From: a virus
Virus record (IMG/VR): IMGVR_UViG_3300023442_000001
Location: 7,299-71,298 of that record
Length of the DNA: 64,000 bases
Direction: 5' to 3' (one strand)
Both the position numbers and the translations under genes were made by a program. The notes beneath the pieces were generated by a model. The model was given only the letters and a program-made list of their open reading frames with translations. It was not told where the DNA came from and made no database searches. Shown here one piece after another: positions 19,608 through 29,260 of this stretch. Numbering within the stretch: position 1 is the stretch's first letter; every line of letters starts with the position of its first letter.

Positions 19608-22600
19608 GTGTTTACTGTTGATGATCTCCTAGCGATATTTCAATATCTAAAAGATAAATCTAATTTTTTAGAATTAGAAGACGTTTTTAAAATTTTATCT
19701 GAGTCTGAACGTGCAAAAGCTAAAGATTTGTTTACGAATGTATTGGATCAGATTGTTCATTCATCTGAAGATTATAAACGCTTAAGAAAATTTTTAATTG
19801 ATTGGTATTCGACACATAAAACCCTAACATCTCTCCAAAGCAATATTTCCGACGTATACGCCCTTCCAGAAGATGCCTTAGATGAATTATTATTAAGTTT
19901 AGGATATAATTTTATTAATAGGCCGTTATTTACAAAACAAAAATTTCTTTTAGAATTAATTACACTTTATAAGGGTAAAGGAACTGCGAATACCATTATA
20001 AAATTATTAGAATTTCTGGGATTTACCGATGTTGATTTAGTTGAATATTGGTTGGCAGCTATTCCTGGTGGATATGGAGATTATGATCTTGTTTTTAAAT
20101 CTGAAACTGTCAGTACGGATACGAGTACGGCAACGAAATGGCCAGATTTACAATATGAGGATGTAATTTCTGGTGATTCTCATTGGATGCTTTCAAAAGA
20201 TGAAATGAAAAGTCTCATTGATAACAATGAGATTTCAATTCCGTTTAAAACTCCTTATTTTTCATACCGTCCCAATTATTCTCAAAAAATTTTAGAAGGT
20301 ACTTTAGCAATTCTGAATCGTTTAATTCATATTCAATATTATGAAGCTACATCAGCCCAATTAATTATTGATCCCACAACAAAAATTGGAAAATTTAAAA
20401 TTGGAGAAACGATTACATCAAGCCAAAGCGGGATATCAACAACTATTTTGTCGTCATCATATACTCGTTTAGCTATTCCGGATTCCGATGCTCAATCAAT
20501 GAATCTTGGGGAGACTATTACGAATTCTGATGGAAGTTCGGCTACGATTATAAATATAATCAGAGCATCGGATTCGTTTGAAGATTATGTAACACGATAT
20601 AGGATTATCAAATCATCCACAGGAATTTATTTATCATTATTAGAATTATTTATGGGAACGTTATATGCTTTTAAAAAATATGTTCAAGAAGAATTAAATT
20701 TAACAATTAGAAATGGATTTTCTACTATAGTTCCGTATGGATTTACCGCTTCTGATGATATGCTCGGTCAACCAATTTTATTGACTGATGATTCTGATAC
20801 AAATTTAGGATATGGAACTGTTAGATATATCGATCATTCTGAAAATAAAATATATTTTGATGAATCTGAAGGGGCTAATTTTGTAGCAGCCACATACTTT
20901 CAAAGATTAGATTTAGATTATTCGCCATATGGAGTGAAAATTCCTATTTCTTCGAAAGAGAGAGATAAAAATCTTCCTATTGATATTTTTAATTTTTATC
21001 ATGGGGATATTGAAATCGCATCTTCTAAAGATTACGATAAAATTATCGAAGAATATGTTGTTTTGACTGATAGGCCAAGACCTAAATCAGATGGGACACG
21101 AGCTAATATTGTCAAAGCTGAAAATTATAAAAAATATATAGATTATTTTACATATAATCTAGACAGACACTTATTTTCAAATACTGATGGGTTTGATGAA
21201 AAAGATATACTATTAACTTTTAATCCTGAATTAAAAGCATATATAGATAATGTTTTTGTGACAGGGGATCCTTTAGATAGTCTTGTTAATTTATTTACAG
21301 AGCTTGTAAATTGGATTATGTCTAATGTTAGGTTTGATTTTCCTAACATTGGAGCTATTATGGTTGGGGGTGAATATGTTTTTAAAGATATTGAAAATAT
21401 TTTAAATTTCTTTAAACCATTTCGATCAAGGTTTATCCAAGGAAAAGTTGATTTAGCATATCTTTTTGATAATCCACTTTTTGAATCTGTTATTGTAGAA
21501 GATTTTGGAGGTATTTTAGAATATTTCGATATTCATGATTATTTGGTCATGGATAGTTTACCTAACTATTATCAACAAAATTATACAAATGGTATTCCAG
21601 ATTCAACAGAAGGATGGCTCACAGATCCTTATGAATTTTTAGATACGGGAAGTTATTTTGATATCGGTGTATGTGATGATAAAAATCGATTTGACATGTT
21701 TGAAAATTATGGAACTATTGAATATTTAGCTTGCCAGCGTCAAATTATTGAACAAAATAGATTAAAAGATTTTTTCACAAATTCAGATAATACATTATTA
21801 CAGAATCATATTCCCACAGAATATGGTGGGGAATGGGTTCCGTTTATTGGCTCTTCTAATTTACATATTTATAATAATAAAGTAATTGATAAGACGGATA
21901 ACGATATTCCAGCAATATATTATAATAAATCATCTGTCGGTTATAATTTTAGAGTTATTGCAAGCATATATGGCTATGATGAAAATGGATATGGATATCT
22001 TATTTTAAGAGGAAGAGATTTTTCAGGAGATCAAGAATATTATGGAGTGAAATTTAGATATTATTCAGGAACTTCCAAATCTATTCAAATATGGATTGTT
22101 CAAAAATTTTCTGGACAAACAGAAGAAATTATTTATTCACATCCTGATTATATTCCAATCTCGACATCCACATTTGAACTTAGGGCAGAATTAATAAATA
22201 GAAAATTTATAATTTATGTTGATGGAACAAAATATTTTGAATATGACATGATCCAAGATACTAATATTACGAATTATATTTATGGGGTTGGATATGCAGG
22301 TATAGGATCTAGTTTAAATCCTGGCGCAAATTATATAAATCAGAGTGTCCAAATTAATACTGTTGAAATTGATGTTTTAGATAATCCTATATACGAAGAA
22401 TCCGAATTTGATTCGAATGGTTTGTTAACGTATGCGTTACAAGCACACGGATGGCTTGATTTCGATTCAAATCAAATTTTAGATTGTCCTTGGATGAATG
22501 ATATAGTCCGTATTTATTCTATTATTGATCCTCCAGAAATTACTTCAACTCCTATTAAATTTATCCAAGCTGGTAATACTTATACGTATGATGTTGAGGC

Positions 22601-23369
22601 GACAGATCCACAGAATAAAGAGATTGTGTATAGTTTGGTAAATCCGCCTCAGGATATGTTTATTGATTCTACTTCTGGATTAATTACATGGGTCACATCG
22701 ACAAGTGACATCGGAAGATATAAAATTTCAATTTTGGCAGAGAGTGGGCCTTCCTCATTTACGTATCAAAATTATACGATGGGCGTATATGATCCAAATG
22801 GTCCTATTTTTTCAGATGAGTTTATATTCGACAACACAGAAAATGATATAACCAAACATGTTACCGAAACGGGGCATAGTTGGTATCTTATAGATCCACA
22901 AAATGTTAATATGAATTCTGGTTTTATAACGACGAGTTTAAATTCGACAACTTTGTGGATTGACAAATTTAATTTAAATTCACAACTAAAATATGAAATT
23001 TCTTTTGATCTTTCTAATGAGAAATTATTTACTTGTATTATTGGATCGATCAATAAAGATACGACATGGTTGACAGCAAAGGTTCGAACTGATATATCTA
23101 CAATGGACGTGATTTTATGGCATGGAGGTATTCCATATATAACTAATAATGTCTCTATTGGAAATACTTTAGATAATGCAAATTTACAAAATCTAAAATT
23201 TATTTTAGATAGGTCATCTGCTCCTCAAATTTTAGAAATTTATATTGATAATACTTTGATTACTACGCTTAATTATACGGATTCAAATATCACAAATTTT
23301 ACGGATGTAGGAATTAAATTAGAGTCTGTTAACACTCAATTACATAGATTTTCCGTGACACGATTATAA
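19608..23369 (+). CDS. large baseplate wedge protein (gp7-like) with Ig/cadherin-like and beta-sandwich C-terminal domains
   Basis: LYKGKGT...LLEFLG wedge-type motif; PPEITSTP...YTYDVEATDP....YSL...MFIDSTSGLITW Ig-like repeat. Confidence 0.6.
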   Translation: MFTVDDLLAIFQYLKDKSNFLELEDVFKILSESERAKAKDLFTNVLDQIVHSSEDYKRLRKFLIDWYSTHKTLTSLQSNISDVYALPEDALDELLLSLGYNFINRPLFTKQKFLLELITLYKGKGTANTIIKLLEFLGFTDVDLVEYWLAAIPGGYGDYDLVFKSETVSTDTSTATKWPDLQYEDVISGDSHWMLSKDEMKSLIDNNEISIPFKTPYFSYRPNYSQKILEGTLAILNRLIHIQYYEATSAQLIIDPTTKIGKFKIGETITSSQSGISTTILSSSYTRLAIPDSDAQSMNLGETITNSDGSSATIINIIRASDSFEDYVTRYRIIKSSTGIYLSLLELFMGTLYAFKKYVQEELNLTIRNGFSTIVPYGFTASDDMLGQPILLTDDSDTNLGYGTVRYIDHSENKIYFDESEGANFVAATYFQRLDLDYSPYGVKIPISSKERDKNLPIDIFNFYHGDIEIASSKDYDKIIEEYVVLTDRPRPKSDGTRANIVKAENYKKYIDYFTYNLDRHLFSNTDGFDEKDILLTFNPELKAYIDNVFVTGDPLDSLVNLFTELVNWIMSNVRFDFPNIGAIMVGGEYVFKDIENILNFFKPFRSRFIQGKVDLAYLFDNPLFESVIVEDFGGILEYFDIHDYLVMDSLPNYYQQNYTNGIPDSTEGWLTDPYEFLDTGSYFDIGVCDDKNRFDMFENYGTIEYLACQRQIIEQNRLKDFFTNSDNTLLQNHIPTEYGGEWVPFIGSSNLHIYNNKVIDKTDNDIPAIYYNKSSVGYNFRVIASIYGYDENGYGYLILRGRDFSGDQEYYGVKFRYYSGTSKSIQIWIVQKFSGQTEEIIYSHPDYIPISTSTFELRAELINRKFIIYVDGTKYFEYDMIQDTNITNYIYGVGYAGIGSSLNPGANYINQSVQINTVEIDVLDNPIYEESEFDSNGLLTYALQAHGWLDFDSNQILDCPWMNDIVRIYSIIDPPEITSTPIKFIQAGNTYTYDVEATDPQNKEIVYSLVNPPQDMFIDSTSGLITWVTSTSDIGRYKISILAESGPSSFTYQNYTMGVYDPNGPIFSDEFIFDNTENDITKHVTETGHSWYLIDPQNVNMNSGFITTSLNSTTLWIDKFNLNSQLKYEISFDLSNEKLFTCIIGSINKDTTWLTAKVRTDISTMDVILWHGGIPYITNNVSIGNTLDNANLQNLKFILDRSSAPQILEIYIDNTLITTLNYTDSNITNFTDVGIKLESVNTQLHRFSVTRL

Positions 23370-23391
23370 TTTTTTACCAGGGAGAAAAAAC

Positions 23392-24606
23392 ATGAACGGA
23401 TACTATTTGACGCTTTCTGAATTTATTAAAAATCATTTAGATGAAGATATAGATAATTTAATGATAATGGCACGGAGGCATTTTCCTCAAAGTGTAGTCG
23501 TACAAGATATTAAAAAATTTAGAAAATATGTTAGTAAAGTCAAACAACGCATGGTGAATAGTTTTTCAGAAGAAAATAAATTATATACTCGTCAAAAGAA
23601 ATTATTTTTTGATATTTTAGAATCCTCAAAACAACCTATTAGTGTAATAGATCTATGTAATAATTTAAAATGTTCACCAGAAGTTTTATCAAATATTATT
23701 AATGAATACCGACAGCATGGCCATGAGATTGCTGTTACCAATTTTATGGTTTCCTTAGAAAAGACAATCCATCATGATATTGATAAAAAATATGAAAAGC
23801 CTTTAGTTAACGATAAAGAAATTATTTTCGGAGTTGTTTCGGATTTACATTTTGGATCATCTGCTTGTCAAATTACAGCTTTAAATAAATTTGCTGAAAT
23901 ATGTAAACATAGGGGAGTCGAGCATATTTTAGTGGCAGGGGATATTTTAGCTGGACATAATGTTTATCCAGGCCAACAAATGGATTTGTATGCTTTGGGG
24001 GCGGATGAACAAGAACAATCTTGTATTTTGAATCTACCAAAAGGTTTTCAATGGTATATGATCGGTGGGAATCATGACTATTCTTTTATAAAACAAACAG
24101 GTCATAATCCTATTCGATTTTTATCATATAATAGAGATGATATTCATTATTTAGGTTTTGATGAAGCTACAATTAAAATCCTTCCAAATGTTTCTGCTAA
24201 ACTTTGGCATCCATCAGGTGGAAATAGCTATGCATTAAGTTATCGTCTTCAGAAAGGAATCGAAAGAGTCACTATCGATGAACTTTATAAATTATCTAAT
24301 TGTTCTAAAGATTGTGCGGATTTGAGATTTTTCTTTGCCGGGCATTTACATGTTCAAATGCAAGCATTATTTGGTGGAATTTGTGGAATGCAGTGTGGAA
24401 CATTCGAAGGATCTACAAATTATTTGAGGCGGAAGGGTCTGGTTCCGGCAATTGGAGGTTATATAATTGAGGCTACATTAAATGAAGACAATGGAGCACT
24501 TAAAGATTTCAACGCTAAATTTTATCTTTTCGAAGAAATTGAAAATGATTGGATGAATTATAAACATTCAATTGAAGAACCGAAATTTTCAAAGGTTTTA
24601 TTCTAA
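23392..24606 (+). CDS. calcineurin-like metallophosphoesterase with N-terminal HTH-like region
   Basis: SDLH, AGD, GNHD, H and GHLH motifs. Confidence 0.85.
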   Translation: MNGYYLTLSEFIKNHLDEDIDNLMIMARRHFPQSVVVQDIKKFRKYVSKVKQRMVNSFSEENKLYTRQKKLFFDILESSKQPISVIDLCNNLKCSPEVLSNIINEYRQHGHEIAVTNFMVSLEKTIHHDIDKKYEKPLVNDKEIIFGVVSDLHFGSSACQITALNKFAEICKHRGVEHILVAGDILAGHNVYPGQQMDLYALGADEQEQSCILNLPKGFQWYMIGGNHDYSFIKQTGHNPIRFLSYNRDDIHYLGFDEATIKILPNVSAKLWHPSGGNSYALSYRLQKGIERVTIDELYKLSNCSKDCADLRFFFAGHLHVQMQALFGGICGMQCGTFEGSTNYLRRKGLVPAIGGYIIEATLNEDNGALKDFNAKFYLFEEIENDWMNYKHSIEEPKFSKVLF

Positions 24607-24639
24607 AAATCAAATTTTGTGAAAAGAGAGGAGAGAATT

Positions 24640-25134
24640 ATGGACTGGAAAACATTGACAAGAGGAATTAAAACTTCTGAATTTTGGTTGGTTATTGGGT
24701 TTTTGATTCTGTCAACATCTGGACAATTTTTTAATGTTCCAGATGTAGGAAACATTTCATCTCAATTAGATAAGATTTTAACTACATTAGCTCAAGCTAT
24801 TGCGATTGCTATTTATATATGGGGTCGTATTAAATATAAAGTAACACATCTCGAAAAGACCGCAGAAAAAATTGAAAATGTAATAAAAAAAGAAAATTTA
24901 CCTAATGATAACGAATCAGAATCAAAGAATAAAAAAGATATTAATCCTGAAGTTTTAAATCAAATTCTATTAGAAAAAGTTCTGAATTTGTTTGAAACAA
25001 ATCAACTATCTGATTCTTTGCAAAAATCTAAAAGTAAAAAAACAAAACGAAAGAAAACTGATGTCTTATCCGAAGAAGAAAAAAATTTGATTAATGATCT
25101 GATGGAAGATCGAGACATTATAGATCTTTTATAA
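24640..25134 (+). CDS. two-TM membrane protein, holin-like
   Basis: GIKTSEFWL followed by two hydrophobic helices and a charged tail. ATG 24640 follows a GAGGAG RBS. Confidence 0.45.
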   Translation: MDWKTLTRGIKTSEFWLVIGFLILSTSGQFFNVPDVGNISSQLDKILTTLAQAIAIAIYIWGRIKYKVTHLEKTAEKIENVIKKENLPNDNESESKNKKDINPEVLNQILLEKVLNLFETNQLSDSLQKSKSKKTKRKKTDVLSEEEKNLINDLMEDRDIIDLL

Positions 25135-25149
25135 TATGAGGAAATCGTT

Positions 25150-26226
25150 ATGAAAATACGATTAAAAACAAATTCTGTAATTAAAGGTCGTTTTTATAAA
25201 GAAGGAGATATCGTTGAAATAACAGACAAAGACACAATTAATCATATTAAATATCTAAAGCGTTCGGATAATATTGATTTTGAAATTGAAAAACCTTTAG
25301 GTTCTAAATCATATGATATCTTTGGTAAATCGTTAAATTATCGATTTGATGATAATGACGAAAGAGATTTTATCTTACGTAGTTATGTTCCGATAAGAGA
25401 AAATCTTCCTAATATTGTTGATTATACTTCTGAAATGAGTCCTGTCAAAGACCAGAAAAATCTTGGATCGTGTACGGGCTTCGCAATAGCTGCTGTTAAA
25501 GAATGGCAGGAGAGGAAGGAATATCTTAGAGAAATTAAAGAAGGAAGTTATTATAGACGAGAAAATGATCAATACGATTTAAGTGAACAATGGCTTTATT
25601 ATAAAGCTAAAGAAATTGATCCTTGGCCAAATGAAGAGGGCACAAGTTTACGATATGTATTAAAAATCTTGCAGAAGCAGGGTGTTCCTCCAGAAGAAGG
25701 ATGGGTTTATAATGATAGAGAGAAGGGGGAAGCCAAGCCGTGGGCGAAATTAATTGCGAGATGGAATTTTGGAGGAAAATATTATCGAATAACATCAATT
25801 CCTGAATTAAAATATGCCTTATATGATAAGGGCCCGGTCGTTATTGGAATCGTTTGTTTTGAAGAAATTTTTAATCCTGGTCCTTCCGGAATTGTTCCAT
25901 ATCCTAGAAATCCTTGGATGTATTACGGTGGTCATGCTGTTGCTGTTGTGGGATACGATGATAGAAGAAAATTATTTAAATTTAAAAATTCATGGTCTCC
26001 TCGGTGGGGACAAAATGGATATGGATATCTTCCCTATAAGTACATACAAGATTTTATGATGGATGCATGGGTAATGGAAGATATTTCTGTTAAATTTGAA
26101 TATGTGAAAACTGGGATTAATCCTGTAGCTGAGCCAACACAGACAGTTTTGGTAGAGCAAGAAAATTCTAATGAAACCGGTGAGACAACTATTTGGAAAA
26201 AAATAAAAGAAAAATTATACAGGTAA
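25150..26226 (+). CDS. papain-family (C1) cysteine protease
   Basis: VKDQ..LGSCTGFA, LSEQ, GGHAVAVVGY and KNSW...WGQNGYG motifs. Confidence 0.92.
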   Translation: MKIRLKTNSVIKGRFYKEGDIVEITDKDTINHIKYLKRSDNIDFEIEKPLGSKSYDIFGKSLNYRFDDNDERDFILRSYVPIRENLPNIVDYTSEMSPVKDQKNLGSCTGFAIAAVKEWQERKEYLREIKEGSYYRRENDQYDLSEQWLYYKAKEIDPWPNEEGTSLRYVLKILQKQGVPPEEGWVYNDREKGEAKPWAKLIARWNFGGKYYRITSIPELKYALYDKGPVVIGIVCFEEIFNPGPSGIVPYPRNPWMYYGGHAVAVVGYDDRRKLFKFKNSWSPRWGQNGYGYLPYKYIQDFMMDAWVMEDISVKFEYVKTGINPVAEPTQTVLVEQENSNETGETTIWKKIKEKLYR

Positions 26227-26232
26227 ATAAGA

Positions 26233-26592
26233 ATGGATGTACATAAAAAATATTCTTTATTTATTGGGCGTTATCAACCCTTACATAAAGGACATATTAC
26301 TCTTATACGTTCTGTGTTAAATGAAGGAAAAAATGTAGCTGTTGGATTGAGAGATACACCAATTTCCGAAAGTGATCCTTATTCTATCGAAGAACGTATG
26401 CAGATGTTTTCAAAAGAATTTGAGAAAGAAATCAATTCCGGACAGATGATAATATTTCCTATCGTAGATATTGAAGCCGTATGTTATGGTAGGAAAGTAG
26501 GCTATGAAATTCGAGAAATTAGGTTATCAGAAGAAATAGAAAAGATTAGTGCCACAGCGATTCGGAAGGGAGAATTATTAAATGAAAGGTAA
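26233..26592 (+). CDS. HxGH nucleotidyltransferase (cytidylyltransferase/NMNAT-like)
   Basis: IGRYQPLHKGH and ISATAIR motifs. Confidence 0.85.
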   Translation: MDVHKKYSLFIGRYQPLHKGHITLIRSVLNEGKNVAVGLRDTPISESDPYSIEERMQMFSKEFEKEINSGQMIIFPIVDIEAVCYGRKVGYEIREIRLSEEIEKISATAIRKGELLNER

Positions 26593-27298
26593 AACCATAT
26601 TTTTATATGGTCTCCCTTGTTCAGGAAAGACTACTATTGCCAGAAGAATTTTTAATAAGTTTAAAAATTCTATTCGTATTGTTCATTTAGATGGCGATGA
26701 TATTCGTAAACGATTAAATAATGATCTAGGTTTTTCAGATGAAGATCGAAAGAGAAATATAGAAAGAATTGCAAATGTTTGCCAGCTATTAAATGAATAT
26801 GGAATTAATGTTATATGTTCTTTTGTTGCCCCGACAAAAGAAATACGCCAAATTTTAAAAAATAAAATTGATAATATTTATTTGATATATGTAAACACTC
26901 CTCTTAAAATTTGTATTGAGAGAGATGTTAAAGGAATGTATGAAAAGGCTATAAAAGGTGAAATTAAAGAATTTACAGGAATTGATGGTGTATTTGAAGA
27001 AGATGATAACGATCCTTATATTTTGGGAAATTTACCATCCATTGAAGACAGTATTAAAATGTTATTAAATATAGTTTCTTTTGACGTTCCTAAATCTAAA
27101 TTTTCTGAAAAATTATTAAAAACATTCGGTTATCGAATTTTTTCTTCTATGGTCTTGGGGAGTTTAGCTTATTTTTTTACAGGAAATGTAAATGTATTAA
27201 TTGGGGTATTAATCATAGATCTTATATTGAAATTTAGTGTATATCTGATTTATGAGTATATCTGGGAATATCTTAAATTTAAAATAAACACGAGGTGA
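26582..27298 (+). CDS. cysC: adenylyl-sulfate (APS) kinase with C-terminal membrane domain (DUF2061-like)
   Basis: GLPCSGKTT P-loop, LDGDDIR, DLGFS..DR..NI.R, RDVKGMY.KA..GEI..FTGI; hydrophobic tail KTFGYR...YEYIW. Confidence 0.9.
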   Translation: MKGKTIFLYGLPCSGKTTIARRIFNKFKNSIRIVHLDGDDIRKRLNNDLGFSDEDRKRNIERIANVCQLLNEYGINVICSFVAPTKEIRQILKNKIDNIYLIYVNTPLKICIERDVKGMYEKAIKGEIKEFTGIDGVFEEDDNDPYILGNLPSIEDSIKMLLNIVSFDVPKSKFSEKLLKTFGYRIFSSMVLGSLAYFFTGNVNVLIGVLIIDLILKFSVYLIYEYIWEYLKFKINTR

Positions 27299-27301
27299 AA
27301 C

Positions 27302-27850
27302 ATGAAAAGAGTGGCTGTTGTCGGACACGCAAATATCGAAAAATGGTTTCATAATGTTCCTCCAAATAATGGAGAAGAATATAATATACAAATATACAAT
27401 ATAATTTTTAAGGATCTTCTTTTATTTGGGAAACAATTAGTATCGGAAGATTTAAATGTAGAATTTGTATCTGGAATGGCTAGGGGGATTGATGAAATTT
27501 GGGCGGATGTAGCTATTAAATTAAATGTTCCGTTATCGTTAATAATTCCAGGTTCTATTAAATGGCATAGTTCGCGCCCTTATTCAAGGGGAATAAGGGC
27601 ACAGGCTATTAAATATGCAAAAATTTGTTCATATATGAAAATTAATAGAATTATGGAAGTCCCAAAACATTATAATCAAGGCCATTATAAATATGTAAAT
27701 TTTGCTAGAAATCAAGCTCTGGTAGATTATTCTACTGATGTTTATTCATATTTAATGGGGCCTTCGGTTGGAACAGAAGATTGTATAAATAGAGCTATAA
27801 AGGCAAAAAAATATAGAAAAAATTTATATAAGAAGTTGATGGGGTTTTAA
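27302..27850 (+). CDS. SLOG-superfamily (YspA/DUF1273-like) protein
   Basis: VAVVGH, VSGMARGIDEIWA, RNQALVD and GTEDC motifs. Confidence 0.75.
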   Translation: MKRVAVVGHANIEKWFHNVPPNNGEEYNIQIYNIIFKDLLLFGKQLVSEDLNVEFVSGMARGIDEIWADVAIKLNVPLSLIIPGSIKWHSSRPYSRGIRAQAIKYAKICSYMKINRIMEVPKHYNQGHYKYVNFARNQALVDYSTDVYSYLMGPSVGTEDCINRAIKAKKYRKNLYKKLMGF

Positions 27851-27861
27851 AAAATAATTAA

Positions 27862-28269
27862 ATGAATATTAAAGAATATTTAATTGAATTAAAAGATATA
27901 ATTAATATTATGGAAGAAGTTGGTTTAGATATTGTTCCTTTTAGATTCTTAAAAGGATTCCTTCCTATTATTGCTAGAAATGTTTCTCCAGAAATTATTT
28001 TAGTATATTTCGCATTACGACAAAGCTATTATTTATATAATAAATATTTAGATAATTTATTATCAAGCTGTTTAGAATTTGATAATGATGAAAGAAAATA
28101 TAATTTATGTATTTTGGCTATGAAATATGAGGCTTTAATGGAGCGTATTAAAAAGTTACAAGAAGTTTATGATAAAAAGTCGAGTAATCTTCTTAAAAAG
28201 AAAATTGATATATTGACAAATAAAGCTGAAAAATATAAATTAGAATATAATGAATTATTGTTATCATAA
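27862..28269 (+). CDS. hypothetical protein, paralog of the C-terminal domain of 35994..36884
   Basis: Hydrophobic helix, then Y.LY...C...K..C....AL...I..L...KKI..L..K pattern shared with the 36-kb protein. Confidence 0.55.
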   Translation: MNIKEYLIELKDIINIMEEVGLDIVPFRFLKGFLPIIARNVSPEIILVYFALRQSYYLYNKYLDNLLSSCLEFDNDERKYNLCILAMKYEALMERIKKLQEVYDKKSSNLLKKKIDILTNKAEKYKLEYNELLLS

Positions 28270-28290
28270 TAGAAAGGGGAATAATGAATT

Positions 28291-28470
28291 ATGATGAATA
28301 TTGAATGTCCATTTTGTTCAGGTATGAAGTTTTATAAATCCAGAAATGAGTTTATTTTTTGTATTAATTGTGGCGCAGAGTTTTCAGTGGATGCTTATTT
28401 TATGGATATGGATGAATGGGAAGAAGGGGGAAGAGAAGGGGGTGAGAACAAAGATTTGAGTGGTCTGTAG
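28291..28470 (+). CDS. small zinc-ribbon protein (59 aa), absent from the ORF track
   Basis: MMNIECPFC...FCINCGAEF with an acidic tail; GGGGA RBS upstream. Confidence 0.6.
   Translation: MMNIECPFCSGMKFYKSRNEFIFCINCGAEFSVDAYFMDMDEWEEGGREGGENKDLSGL
28442..28452 (+). promoter_or_regulatory. candidate late promoter GTGAGAACAAA (copy 3)
   Basis: Upstream of the 28516/sheath operon; lies within the 3' end of the zinc-ribbon ORF. Confidence 0.7.
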
Positions 28471-28515
28471 CCTAAATAAGCGACATTTATATAATGATTT
28501 CCGGGAGTATGTAAA

Positions 28516-29214
28516 ATGACCAAAGAAAAAAATACTTTATTTATAGTTGGTGATGATCAATATAAAATACGTGATCAATCTAATAAATTAAAACAAGAAA
28601 CACGACCTAAGGGTTATGTAGAGATTTACGAAGTAGATGAAAACGGAGAAAAAATACTTAGAAATAAATCAAATCTTGTTGTTTATTTAGCTAGAGAATA
28701 TGTAGCATCAAGAGTTTTTAATCGAAGAAATTTGGTTCCTCAAATTCCGCATACGCCGGATGAATTTATATATTGGTTTGGAATTGGAGATGGAGGAACT
28801 CCGAGTGGGGATCCTCTGAATCCATTGCCTCCAACATTAACAGATACAGGATTGGTTTCAGAAAAGAAATTTTTATCTGGTTCGACTGGCGATGCTAATG
28901 TAGGAGATTATAGGGATAATACAGCTCCAGACGGAGAAGGTTTTTATAAATTAAAAATTGATAGTGTTGAATTCACGCCAGATCCTGACAATGATAGTCG
29001 TTATTTAATTGCTAAGGCGACTATTAATATAGATTTAGCTTATGCTGATGGAGTTACATTTAGTGAGGCTGGTTTATTTACATCTCCCCCTGATGCGGCT
29101 GATTCGACACAGGGAGATGCTAATGGGCCTTTTCATTTATTTGCCCGTTTAACATTTCCGGCAGTAGTTAAATCATCCAGGCAGATTGTTTTTGTCTGGT
29201 ATCTTTATTTTTAA
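28516..29214 (+). CDS. baseplate / tail-collar structural protein
   Basis: NLVV...GIGDGG...EAGLF...LFARLTFP.VVK...W pattern typical of myovirus baseplate-fibre junction proteins. Confidence 0.6.
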   Translation: MTKEKNTLFIVGDDQYKIRDQSNKLKQETRPKGYVEIYEVDENGEKILRNKSNLVVYLAREYVASRVFNRRNLVPQIPHTPDEFIYWFGIGDGGTPSGDPLNPLPPTLTDTGLVSEKKFLSGSTGDANVGDYRDNTAPDGEGFYKLKIDSVEFTPDPDNDSRYLIAKATINIDLAYADGVTFSEAGLFTSPPDAADSTQGDANGPFHLFARLTFPAVVKSSRQIVFVWYLYF

Positions 29215-29260
29215 AAAAGAATGGGCCTTTAAAGGTTAAACATTTTGGAGGATTTTTAAA

